Shown in pieces: positions 19,197-27,388 of a stretch of 45,945 nucleotides of DNA; position 1 is the stretch's first letter; the number at the start of each line of letters is the position of its first letter. The notes under the pieces are model-generated. The model was not told where the DNA came from, ran no database searches, and saw only the letters and a program-made list of their open reading frames with translations. Source of the stretch: Coprobacillus sp. CAG:826 (GTDB lineage Bacteria > Bacillota_I > Bacilli_A > RFN20 > CAG-826); NCBI GenBank assembly GCA_000437235.1, contig FR897041.1:20633-66577 (forward strand), in the 5' to 3' direction. A program made the translations under genes and the position numbers.

Positions 19197-19222
19197 AAAA
19201 AAGGTTCAAATGAACCTTTTTC
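19197..19222. terminator. Bidirectional intrinsic terminator
   Basis: aaggttc aaat gaacctt stem flanked by A-run and T-run. Confidence 0.55.
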
Positions 19223-19237
19223 AAGATTTTTTTAAAA

Positions 19238-21028
19238 TTATTGAATTAATCCACTATCTTTTAACCAAATTTCGGCATCGGTGCCTTTACTCTTTTTAAG
19301 GAGAATTTTTAAGAGAAGTTTTTCCTTAAAGGATAACTTTTTAACACTGGTAATTGGTTTCTTATCAAGAGCGTAATAAGAAGCGCGTAGTAATTCACGA
19401 ATATCATAAGTGCTACCCCATACTTCAGGAACAGCGCGGTCAATATTTAAAAGAGTGTAGACGGCTTCCATGCCGGTACGAATGGAATATTCCGTGGTGA
19501 AGATCGTGTCACGAGGTGTTTCGGCAAATTGACCAATAAAGGCAAAGTTTTTGGCTCCATGAGGGACAACTAAAGGACGGTCCTCATGTTTTCTTGGTTG
19601 GAAGAATGCATTAATATAAGGCATATAGCATGTAGTTGTGTTACAAGCATTTTCTGCTAATAAATCAATACGATTGATGTCAATTCCAATATGGTAAAGC
19701 CATTCTTTGCATACTTCAATACCAGTACATTTTTTCATGGGTTTCTTAACATAATTACCTTCTTTATCCGTGGACAAAGAGTAGACCCAAACTAAGACTA
19801 AATTTTTGTCTTGCGCTTTGAATTGGGGTTGACGGTTAATGGTCCATGATAAGTACCAATTATCCGTACTATCTTTTACGGTCACGATACCACCAGTAGT
19901 GACTTTTCCACTACGAGGATCACGCTTACAGATTTTCATGATATGATCAATAATTTCTTCGTTTGATGTGGCAATCGTTGCGCTCATCCAATTCGTTTTA
20001 TCGACATCTGAACAGAAGACTTCAGGATGACCATAATCACTACCTTGGGCGGCAATATTTCTCCACATATTCCAAGATTCACCAAAACCATTCTTAATCT
20101 TACTTAAATCAGGTGCATGCGTTTGATCACCATAGCAAGATGTATCTGTACAACAACCATTCGTGATAAAGACAAGATCATCTTCAACTAAATCAATCGT
20201 TTGTTCTTGGTTATCTTTTATATAAACGATTTGACGTGCAACTTTTTTACCTTCTTTTTCATCAATGATGACATTTTTTACATCGATGCCATATTCGATT
20301 TTAACGCCATGGCTCTCTAAGTATTTGACTAATGGAAGAATCATACTTTCAAATTGATTATATTTGGTAAAGCGTAGAGCAGAGAAATCAGGCAAACCAT
20401 CGATATGGTGCACATATCTTTGTAAATAGCGTTTCATCTCTAACGCGCTAGACCAACGTTGGAACGCAAACATTGTTTGCCAATAAAGCCAAAAGTTGGT
20501 TTCCCAAAATGAATCATGGAAAATTTCTGAAATTTTCTTATCTTCCAATTCTTTTTCAGGGGTCATATAAAGTTTCATTAAATCTTGAGCTGATTGTTTA
20601 TCTAATTTGAATTGTTTATCGGTATGAGCATCTTGACCTCTTTTCACAGTCGCTCTACATAAAGAGTAGTTAGGATCTTCTTTGTTGAGCCAATAGTATT
20701 CATCTAAGACACTGATGCCTTCGGTTTCAATGGATGGAACATCGCGGTACATATCCCACATACATTCAAAGTGATTATCCATTTCACGGCCACCACGCAT
20801 AAAGAATCCTTTGGTGATGTCTTTACGGCCATCGCAACTACCACCGGCTAATTCTAATTTTTCTAAAAGGTGAATGTGTTCTCCTTTCATTTGGCCATCT
20901 CTTACAAGATAGAAAGCTGCGGATAAACCAGCTAATCCAGTACCAATAATATAAGCGGATTTTTTGTCCACACCTTCGGGTTTCTTTGGATGCGCAAATG
21001 CTTCATAATTTCCTGCACTATAATACAT
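19238..21028 (-). CDS. ohyA: Oleate hydratase (FAD-dependent fatty-acid double-bond hydratase, MCRA family)
   Basis: N-terminus MYYSAGNYEAFAHPKKPEGVDKKSAYIIGTGLAGLSAAFYLVRDG carries the FAD-binding GxGxxG. Length 596 aa. AAGGAGG RBS. Confidence 0.85.
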   Translation of the reverse strand: MYYSAGNYEAFAHPKKPEGVDKKSAYIIGTGLAGLSAAFYLVRDGQMKGEHIHLLEKLELAGGSCDGRKDITKGFFMRGGREMDNHFECMWDMYRDVPSIETEGISVLDEYYWLNKEDPNYSLCRATVKRGQDAHTDKQFKLDKQSAQDLMKLYMTPEKELEDKKISEIFHDSFWETNFWLYWQTMFAFQRWSSALEMKRYLQRYVHHIDGLPDFSALRFTKYNQFESMILPLVKYLESHGVKIEYGIDVKNVIIDEKEGKKVARQIVYIKDNQEQTIDLVEDDLVFITNGCCTDTSCYGDQTHAPDLSKIKNGFGESWNMWRNIAAQGSDYGHPEVFCSDVDKTNWMSATIATSNEEIIDHIMKICKRDPRSGKVTTGGIVTVKDSTDNWYLSWTINRQPQFKAQDKNLVLVWVYSLSTDKEGNYVKKPMKKCTGIEVCKEWLYHIGIDINRIDLLAENACNTTTCYMPYINAFFQPRKHEDRPLVVPHGAKNFAFIGQFAETPRDTIFTTEYSIRTGMEAVYTLLNIDRAVPEVWGSTYDIRELLRASYYALDKKPITSVKKLSFKEKLLLKILLKKSKGTDAEIWLKDSGLIQ

Positions 21029-21062
21029 AATTTTTTCCTCCTTGTATTTTCGTTACACCTTC

Positions 21063-21090
21063 ATTATAAGAAAGAGAAAAAAAGTGTAAA
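21063..21090 (-). promoter_or_regulatory. Putative sigma-A promoter for ohyA
   Basis: On the minus strand: TTTACA, 16-nt spacer, TATAAT. Confidence 0.4.
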
Positions 21091-21177
21091 TGTACAAAAA
21101 AAGGCGCTTGTCGTAATTTTAAACAAGAGGGCTATACTCATGCTTTTTACGACAAACACCTAGGTTTTGTCTAAAAA

Positions 21178-21741
21178 TTATGAATGATGTTTCGCATTTT
21201 CTAAGGCATGATCAATGGTGCCATGAATTAAAGAATCTAGACGAGTAATGATTAATTGTGGGTCGTCTTTCATATCTTTTTTAACCCATTCTAAGACAAT
21301 ACCCACAAATCCATATTTATAAAAGTTGGCGATAAAGGCTAAATCGTCTTCTCTTACGACTAAGCCTTTACTTTTTTCTTTAGCAACGTTATAGAGTAAA
21401 TCATAAACAACGCGGTAAAGATAGTTTTGCAAAGATTCTAGAGAAACGGAATGAAAAATGTTTACAATAAAAGGTTTGTCTTTTTTCATTAATTCAAATA
21501 AAGAAAGAAAGCCTTCTTGCCAAGTATCGTAGGTTTTATGGTTTTGAATGGCACGATCCGCATCTTCAAAGCATATCCATTCAATTAAATCCTGTATATC
21601 TTGAAAATGATAATAGAAAGTTTGTCGATTCATTTCACATTTTTCCGTAATGTCATTAATCGTAATTTTGGATAAAGGTTTTTCAAGTAAAAGTTCTTTA
21701 AAAGCATAGGATATTGCTTTTTTCGTCGTTGCCTTGCTCAT
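21178..21741 (-). CDS. TetR/AcrR family transcriptional regulator
   Basis: N-terminal HTH (ITINDITEKCEMNRQTFYYHF) with a DhaS-like C-terminal domain. Confidence 0.75.
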   Translation of the reverse strand: MSKATTKKAISYAFKELLLEKPLSKITINDITEKCEMNRQTFYYHFQDIQDLIEWICFEDADRAIQNHKTYDTWQEGFLSLFELMKKDKPFIVNIFHSVSLESLQNYLYRVVYDLLYNVAKEKSKGLVVREDDLAFIANFYKYGFVGIVLEWVKKDMKDDPQLIITRLDSLIHGTIDHALENAKHHS

Positions 21742-21774
21742 CCCATCCCTCCTAACGTTTTATATAAAAAATTC

Positions 21775-22893
21775 TTATTTTTTATCTACTTTAGAACCGG
21801 TTAAGTAGGTGGTTAATTGACTTAATAAATCACCATTTCCGTTTAAAGAAATGCTACCAATTTTTTCACAAATTCTTTCAATATATTCAAGTTCTTTTAA
21901 GCGATAAAGCGTAGTGTTTTCATCCATTAAACGGGCAGTGTTTAATAAAGAACGAGTAGAAGCGACTTCTTCTCGACGGGTGATGACATTCGCTTGGGCA
22001 CGTTTTTCCGCAATTAAAACGGTATTCATAATGTCACGAATTTCCCCAGGAAGAATTAAATCTTTAATGGAAGCTTCTTCAATTTCTAAATAAAGAGATT
22101 TGCCTTTTTCTTTTAAAGCATTTAATAAGAAAGTGGACATTTCTTTTTTACTTGCTAAGATTTCATCTAAAGATTTTTCACCCATATAATCGCGCAACGC
22201 TAATTGGACGGCAATATAAAGCTCATTTTTATAGTCCTCAATTTCCGTTTTGACTTTAACATAATTCGTAATACGGTAAGAGCAGACACAATTGATACGT
22301 AAGGAAACTTTGTCGTTGGTTAAAATTTCTTGTCCCACGATATCTTGAGTAACTAAACAAGTATCCACTAAATCTACCTTAACGTCGACACTGCCATTTT
22401 TAAAGAAATAAGTACCAGGCGTGAGCGTGCGAACGAATTGATGGTTGAAATATAGAATTCCCATTTGCTTTTCATTAACATCTATGCGTTTCACATAAGG
22501 CATAAAAAGAGGATGAGTTAATAAAGAAGCAGGAATATTTTCTTCTATCTCAGGTTTTGATAAATCCATGGGAATAAATGTGTGTTCACGTTGAATATTC
22601 CAGAAATAATATTTTCCAGCTCCATATATACTTTGAAAAATACCATCAACAAAATGAATCATCATCGTGTTATTTTCCACTACACATTTGGTGACATTAG
22701 AAGAAAAAGCGGGATCTTTTTCGAATAAAGAAACTTCTAGATTATCCACTCGTACATGACCATCATTTACATTAGATAGCAAAATCTTTTTTCCACCCCA
22801 TAAGGAATATTTTCCGGGTTCTACCATTTTGATAAATTTCCCGTTCTTAAAAAGAAATCCTTTTTGACCTTCTAAAATAATAATTTTTTTCAT
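21775..22893 (-). CDS. SPFH/band-7 domain protein with an unusual ~190-aa N-terminal region lacking a TM anchor
   Basis: The C-terminal segment LILPGEIRDIMNTVLIAEKRAQANVITRREEVASTRSL is stomatin/prohibitin-like. Start set at the ATG at 22893 (MKKIII), which follows AGGAGG. The 76 codons upstream in the track ORF have no RBS and are taken as 5' leader. Confidence 0.6.
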   Translation of the reverse strand: MKKIIILEGQKGFLFKNGKFIKMVEPGKYSLWGGKKILLSNVNDGHVRVDNLEVSLFEKDPAFSSNVTKCVVENNTMMIHFVDGIFQSIYGAGKYYFWNIQREHTFIPMDLSKPEIEENIPASLLTHPLFMPYVKRIDVNEKQMGILYFNHQFVRTLTPGTYFFKNGSVDVKVDLVDTCLVTQDIVGQEILTNDKVSLRINCVCSYRITNYVKVKTEIEDYKNELYIAVQLALRDYMGEKSLDEILASKKEMSTFLLNALKEKGKSLYLEIEEASIKDLILPGEIRDIMNTVLIAEKRAQANVITRREEVASTRSLLNTARLMDENTTLYRLKELEYIERICEKIGSISLNGNGDLLSQLTTYLTGSKVDKK

Positions 22894-23182
22894 AGTTTCA
22901 TTGTCCTCCTTTATTTTCATAAGCAATAATTGCTTACATTTGACATTCCGTCCTAAAAAAAGAAAGCGGTTATTGATTAAGTAGCAACGCATAAAAGCGG
23001 AATCCGAAGATTTGGCTCTTCTTGAAGTCACTACGATATCCTCGTTAAACAAGGCTTTCCTCCTTTTGCTTTTTCTCCATAACGAGCAAGAAAAAGCGCG
23101 GACGTTTTTAGATTGTAACATTTCTCAATGTTAAAAAAAGATAAAAAATGCTTTGCTTTAACCACTTAGCTATCTTCCTAAA

Positions 23183-23249
23183 AAGGAAGAGTGGGATTCG
23201 AACCCACGAATACGTGCTTTAAGCACAAAAAGGTTTAACAGACCTTCCC
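23183..23249 (-). other. tRNA-like element of 66 nt: 7-bp acceptor, canonical T-arm (GTGGG-TTCGAAT-CCCAC), anticodon-like stem-loop (cttaaag), no D-arm; degenerate tRNA or att-site remnant
   Basis: On the minus strand, gggaagg pairs with ccttccc/tcttcct, and the GTTCGAATCC T-loop consensus is present. The element is too short for a canonical tRNA. A 6-bp hairpin follows (tcttcc-ttttt-ggaaga). Confidence 0.35.
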
Positions 23250-23800
23250 ATACTTTTTTATAGAGGTTCTGGCTATCCTCTTGCTAAAGAAACCAGTATA
23301 CATCATGAGGAAACCTCCATGCACTGTGGCAAAACCATATGCCCACCTTATCGGAATTCTTTAACATATTTATTTTATCATATCTATTTTTAAAATACAC
23401 AATAATTCTAAAGGGCTTTTATAGGGAAGAAATACATCTTTATAAATCAGGAAAAAAATATCGATAAAACGTATCGATGTATTTTTATCAAATAGTTAAA
23501 TAATTGGGTATAACACTCTTAGTAAACAAAGAAGAAAAAACAAAATAAAAATTAAAATTTCAAATAATGAAATAATAAATAAAAAGGAAAAAGTTCCAAA
23601 AATAATAGGAATTATTCTGTTTTCGTTCATTTAAGAAGAAAAAATAAAAAAATGTAAGAATAAAAAAGAGTATAAAAACAAGGAAAAAAGCAAAAATAAA
23701 AGAGATGAGAATAAAGAACATTTTCTTTAAAAAATCAAGATAAATATCTTGTAAAATAAAAGGAATGTGATTATAACCATGGCCGAAAGGAGATAACTAT

Positions 23801-24940
23801 ATGTTACAAATGATTTTAGCTTCCGATATTGGAAATAATATCAAGGGAGCATTAAGTTCAATGGACCTTTGGATTGCGGTATGTAAAAGTGTCGTTATTA
23901 TCTTATTAGGTTTCTTGCTTACAAAAGGAAAAATCTTGCCAGATGGAACGGGTAAAGTATTGACCAAAATTGTGATGACGATTTGCTTACCTTGCTTAGC
24001 GTTTTCGTCCTTTATGACGTCTATCTCACAAGCGACTTTTGAAAGCTGTTTAGTTTCTTTTATTTATGGCTTTGTTGTTTACATTGCCTTCATCTTCTTA
24101 GCCAAATTATTATTTATTTGGGTAAAAGATCCTACCAAAAGAAAGGTGATGGAAATCTTATTCGTATTTGGTTCTACAACCTTCTTTGGGCAACCATTAA
24201 TTAAAGCCGTATTTCCTAATGCTTTTAATGATTCAAGTATGTTCAACATTGCTTATCGTGTATTCCTTTATTCTTATGCTTATTACGCGATTTGCCAAAA
24301 TAAGGATGAAAGTGAAGAACATGAAAAGATGACTTGGGCTTCTTTTAAAAAGATTTTAAAGAAAATCTTCGTTAACCCTGTCATTATCGCTACTTTCTTA
24401 GGCTTTATTTTATGGAGCCTACAACTTGTTGGTGATGCTTCTGATACTAACAATTGGTGGGTGGTTACGGTAAACGGAGCAGGGAATGTACCCGCTACCG
24501 GAGCATTCTGGAACATCAAAGTTTCTTTACCACCTGTATATCAAACGATGAATACCTTAGGCGGATTATCTTCCCCATTAGTGTGGATTGCTATTGGTTG
24601 TACGTTAGGAAAAGTATCCTTTAAAAGTGCAGCAAGCGATAAATCCGTATGGGCTTATTCCTTCATTAAATTAATTGCAGCGCCAGTATTAAACTTCGTT
24701 TTCCTTTTATTAATCAATTTAATTCCAGGTATCCATGTGACGTTTAATACGGTAGCGGCTACGACTTTAATGTGGACCACCCCACCAGCCACTGTTGCGG
24801 TTACTTATTGTATTAACTCGAATAAAGAATCAACCTTTGCTTCCAGTTGTTCTTTAATTGGAACATTCTTGGCGGTTGTCTTTATTCCTATTTATATGAT
24901 TTTATTAACCGTCATTCAAAATGTGGGCATCTTTGCCTAG
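23801..24940 (+). CDS. AEC (auxin efflux carrier / malate permease-like) family transporter
   Basis: 379 aa with about 10 TM segments and an N-terminus typical of AEC family. Good RBS GAAAGGAG. Confidence 0.6.
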   Translation: MLQMILASDIGNNIKGALSSMDLWIAVCKSVVIILLGFLLTKGKILPDGTGKVLTKIVMTICLPCLAFSSFMTSISQATFESCLVSFIYGFVVYIAFIFLAKLLFIWVKDPTKRKVMEILFVFGSTTFFGQPLIKAVFPNAFNDSSMFNIAYRVFLYSYAYYAICQNKDESEEHEKMTWASFKKILKKIFVNPVIIATFLGFILWSLQLVGDASDTNNWWVVTVNGAGNVPATGAFWNIKVSLPPVYQTMNTLGGLSSPLVWIAIGCTLGKVSFKSAASDKSVWAYSFIKLIAAPVLNFVFLLLINLIPGIHVTFNTVAATTLMWTTPPATVAVTYCINSNKESTFASSCSLIGTFLAVVFIPIYMILLTVIQNVGIFA

Positions 24941-24957
24941 AAATAGAGGACTAGCAT

Positions 24958-25965
24958 ATGAAAAAACAAATTGCCTGTTTTGGTGTTCGTGATTACGAAA
25001 TTCCTTATTTTGAAGAATTAGGAAAAAAATATGATTATGATTTAGTGTTATTTCCGCAATTTTTAAATACCGAAAACTATCAAGACGCTTATAGTTATGA
25101 GGTGGTAATGGTACGTGGAAACTGTGTAGTAAATAAAGAAGCTATGAAAGATTTATATCAACATGGCTTACGCTACTACTTAACAAGAACCGCAGGTTAT
25201 AACCACGTCGATATCGAAGCGTGTAAAGAATTGGGGATTGAAGCGGCTTATGTGCCAGGCTATTCGCCGAACGCGATTAGTGAACTTGCTTTAACTTTAG
25301 CGATGATGTTATTAAGAAATACCGCTTATATGGTGGATTATACCCATCATGGAAACTTCAAAGTCACCAATCAAATGTTCTCTCGTGAAGTAAGAGGTTG
25401 TAGAGTGGGTATCTTAGGTTGTGGGCGCATCGGTTTAACTAGCGCCCAATTATTTAAAGGATTAGGTGCCGAAGTCGTAGGTTATGATGTCTATCAATCG
25501 GATAGAGCCAAAGGAATTGTTACCTTTTTACCTCTAGACGAATTTATTAAAACCTGTGATATTATTCTTGTTCATTTAGCTTATATTAAAGGAAGTAATG
25601 ATAACTTCATTAATGAAAACTTCTTAAAGAACATGAAAAAGAACGCTATTTTGGTGAATGTTGCGCGCGGTGAAGTGATGGATACTAAAGCGGCTTTAGC
25701 CGAAGTTGAATCTGGTCATTTAGCAGGTTTAGCCATGGATGTTATTGATCATGAAAAAGCATTATTCTTCCAAAACTTTAAGGATCCTCAGCACATGGAT
25801 AACGAAGTCCATCAAAAAATCATTGATTTATATCCTCGCGTTTTAATTACCCCTCACGTGGGTTCTTCGACCGATAAAGCTTTAATTGATATGATTGAAG
25901 TATCCTTAAAGAATATGGATGAATATCTCGTATTGGGAAAATGTAAGAATTCATTAATTCGTTAA
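24958..25965 (+). CDS. D-isomer-specific 2-hydroxyacid dehydrogenase (NAD-dependent)
   Basis: Rossmann motif GILGCGRIGL with catalytic R/E/H triad context (ARGEVMD, HVGSST). Confidence 0.7.
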   Translation: MKKQIACFGVRDYEIPYFEELGKKYDYDLVLFPQFLNTENYQDAYSYEVVMVRGNCVVNKEAMKDLYQHGLRYYLTRTAGYNHVDIEACKELGIEAAYVPGYSPNAISELALTLAMMLLRNTAYMVDYTHHGNFKVTNQMFSREVRGCRVGILGCGRIGLTSAQLFKGLGAEVVGYDVYQSDRAKGIVTFLPLDEFIKTCDIILVHLAYIKGSNDNFINENFLKNMKKNAILVNVARGEVMDTKAALAEVESGHLAGLAMDVIDHEKALFFQNFKDPQHMDNEVHQKIIDLYPRVLITPHVGSSTDKALIDMIEVSLKNMDEYLVLGKCKNSLIR

Positions 25966-26125
25966 TTGAGTCAAAGTCATCTTGCAATCAGATGGCTTTT
26001 TTTCTTTACTTTAAAAAGTTGTTAATGAGAAAGCATATCATTAGACGAGTGAGGTATTTTCATAGTATATTTAACTTAGAAAAGGTAAAACTGAAAATGA
26101 ATGCCTTTTTGAAAGGAGAATGTTT

Positions 26126-27112
26126 ATGATGAAAAAAATTGCGTTCTTCGATACAAAGCCTTATGATAAAGAGGTTTTTGATGAAGAGAATACGCACTAT
26201 GAAATGGTCTATTTTGAAAGTAAATTAAATGAAAAAACCGCACGACTTGCGCAAGGATTTGATTGCGTATGTGCTTTTGTAAATGATGATATTAATCAAA
26301 AAGTGATCGATACTTTATACGAAAATGGCATTCGTCTAATTGCTTTACGAAGTGCTGGATATAATAATGTGGATTTAAAAGCCGCTCAAGATAAAATTAC
26401 AATTGTTCGCGTACCTTCTTATTCGCCGCATTCTATTGCTGAACACGCTTTTAGTTTATTACAAACTTTAAATCGTAAAATTCATCGCGCTTATATTCGT
26501 ACTCGAGACTTTAACTTTTCTTTAGTGGGAATGAATGGTATTGTTTTATATCAAAAAACCATCGGTATTGTCGGTGTTGGTGCCATTGGTAGAGCGATGA
26601 TTCAAATTGCCAAAGGTTATGGTATGCGCGTCGTATGTTTTGATCCGCATCCCGATGAATCTTTAGGTGTCGAGTTCGTGGATTTAGATACACTCTTTAA
26701 AGAAAGCGATGTCATTTCTTTACATTGCCCACTAACGAAAGCAACCTATCATATGATAAATAAAGAATCGATCGCAAAAATGAAAAAAGGCGTTTATTTT
26801 ATTAACACATCTCGTGGCGCTTTAGTGGATACCGCAAGTTTATTAGATGCCTTAAATGAAGGAAAAATTCGTGGGGCAGGTTTAGACGTTTATGAAGAAG
26901 AGGAAGACTTATTCTTTGAAGACAAATCTCTTACCATCGTAAAAGATAATATTTTATCTTTACTCATTTCTCGCCCCAACGTCATTGTTACTTCTCACCA
27001 AGCGTTTTTAACCGATGAGTCTTTAACACAAATTGCGAGAACAACCTTCGATAACTTAGATCAATACTTTGCTCATCAACCTTTAGAAAATGAAATTCGT
27101 TATCAAAAATAA
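26126..27112 (+). CDS. D-lactate dehydrogenase-like 2-hydroxyacid dehydrogenase (paralog of the gene at 24958)
   Basis: GIVGVGAIGRA, SRGALVD and HQAF motifs, with an LdhA-like N-terminus KIAFFDTKPYDKE. Start placed at the ATG 9 nt after AGGAG. Confidence 0.7.
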   Translation: MMKKIAFFDTKPYDKEVFDEENTHYEMVYFESKLNEKTARLAQGFDCVCAFVNDDINQKVIDTLYENGIRLIALRSAGYNNVDLKAAQDKITIVRVPSYSPHSIAEHAFSLLQTLNRKIHRAYIRTRDFNFSLVGMNGIVLYQKTIGIVGVGAIGRAMIQIAKGYGMRVVCFDPHPDESLGVEFVDLDTLFKESDVISLHCPLTKATYHMINKESIAKMKKGVYFINTSRGALVDTASLLDALNEGKIRGAGLDVYEEEEDLFFEDKSLTIVKDNILSLLISRPNVIVTSHQAFLTDESLTQIARTTFDNLDQYFAHQPLENEIRYQK

Positions 27113-27124
27113 AGTATTTTCGTC

Positions 27125-27153
27125 TTGTATCTTATGATTTTTTTGTTTACAAT
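27125..27153 (+). promoter_or_regulatory. sigma-A promoter of the tyrS T-box leader
   Basis: TTGTAT, 17-nt spacer, TACAAT. Confidence 0.5.
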
Positions 27154-27159
27154 ATAGGA

Positions 27160-27375
27160 GCATTGAATAAGAAAAAGTACTGCCCAATATAGAGAGCCTC
27201 GTGAAGGTGAAAGAGGAGAAGCAGGAAATACGACTTAGGAGCATCTTTGTGAAAGCAAAGCGTAGGCGTAGCGTTATTTACGCACATAAGGGAGAGTTAT
27301 GTTAACTCTAACTAAGGTGGTACCGCGTTATTTTAGCGTCCTTAGACAGTTGTCTAGGGGCGCTTTTTTTAAAAA
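27160..27375 (+). promoter_or_regulatory. T-box riboswitch leader with tyrosine (UAC) specifier
   Basis: AGAGAG motif, specifier-loop context GGAAAUACGACU, conserved T-box sequence AAGGTGGTACCGCG at 27313-27326, and a 13-bp terminator hairpin plus T7 at 27337-27375, directly upstream of tyrS. Confidence 0.8.
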
Positions 27376-27388
27376 GGAGAGATGAAAT

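Noticed and set aside
22894-23121. 76-codon N-terminal extension of the SPFH ORF (track start 23121)
   Set aside because: Its composition is basic and junk-like and there is no RBS. A strong AGGAGG precedes the ATG at 22893, so the region is better explained as a 5' leader.
23183-23560. tmRNA (ssrA) hypothesis for the tRNA-like T-arm/acceptor element
   Set aside because: No 5' partner for a tmRNA acceptor stem and no plausible tag-peptide reading frame ending in ALAA-stop was found within 400 nt upstream on the minus strand. The acceptor pairs locally instead, giving a 66-nt element.
23490-23630. 46-codon hydrophobic ORF (MNENRIIPIIFGTFSFLFIISLFEILIFILFFLLCLLRVLYPII) on the minus strand of the purine-rich spacer
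   Set aside because: It has no Shine-Dalgarno sequence. The Phe/Ile/Leu richness is the automatic consequence of reading an A-rich strand in reverse. It is too small and unsupported to call.
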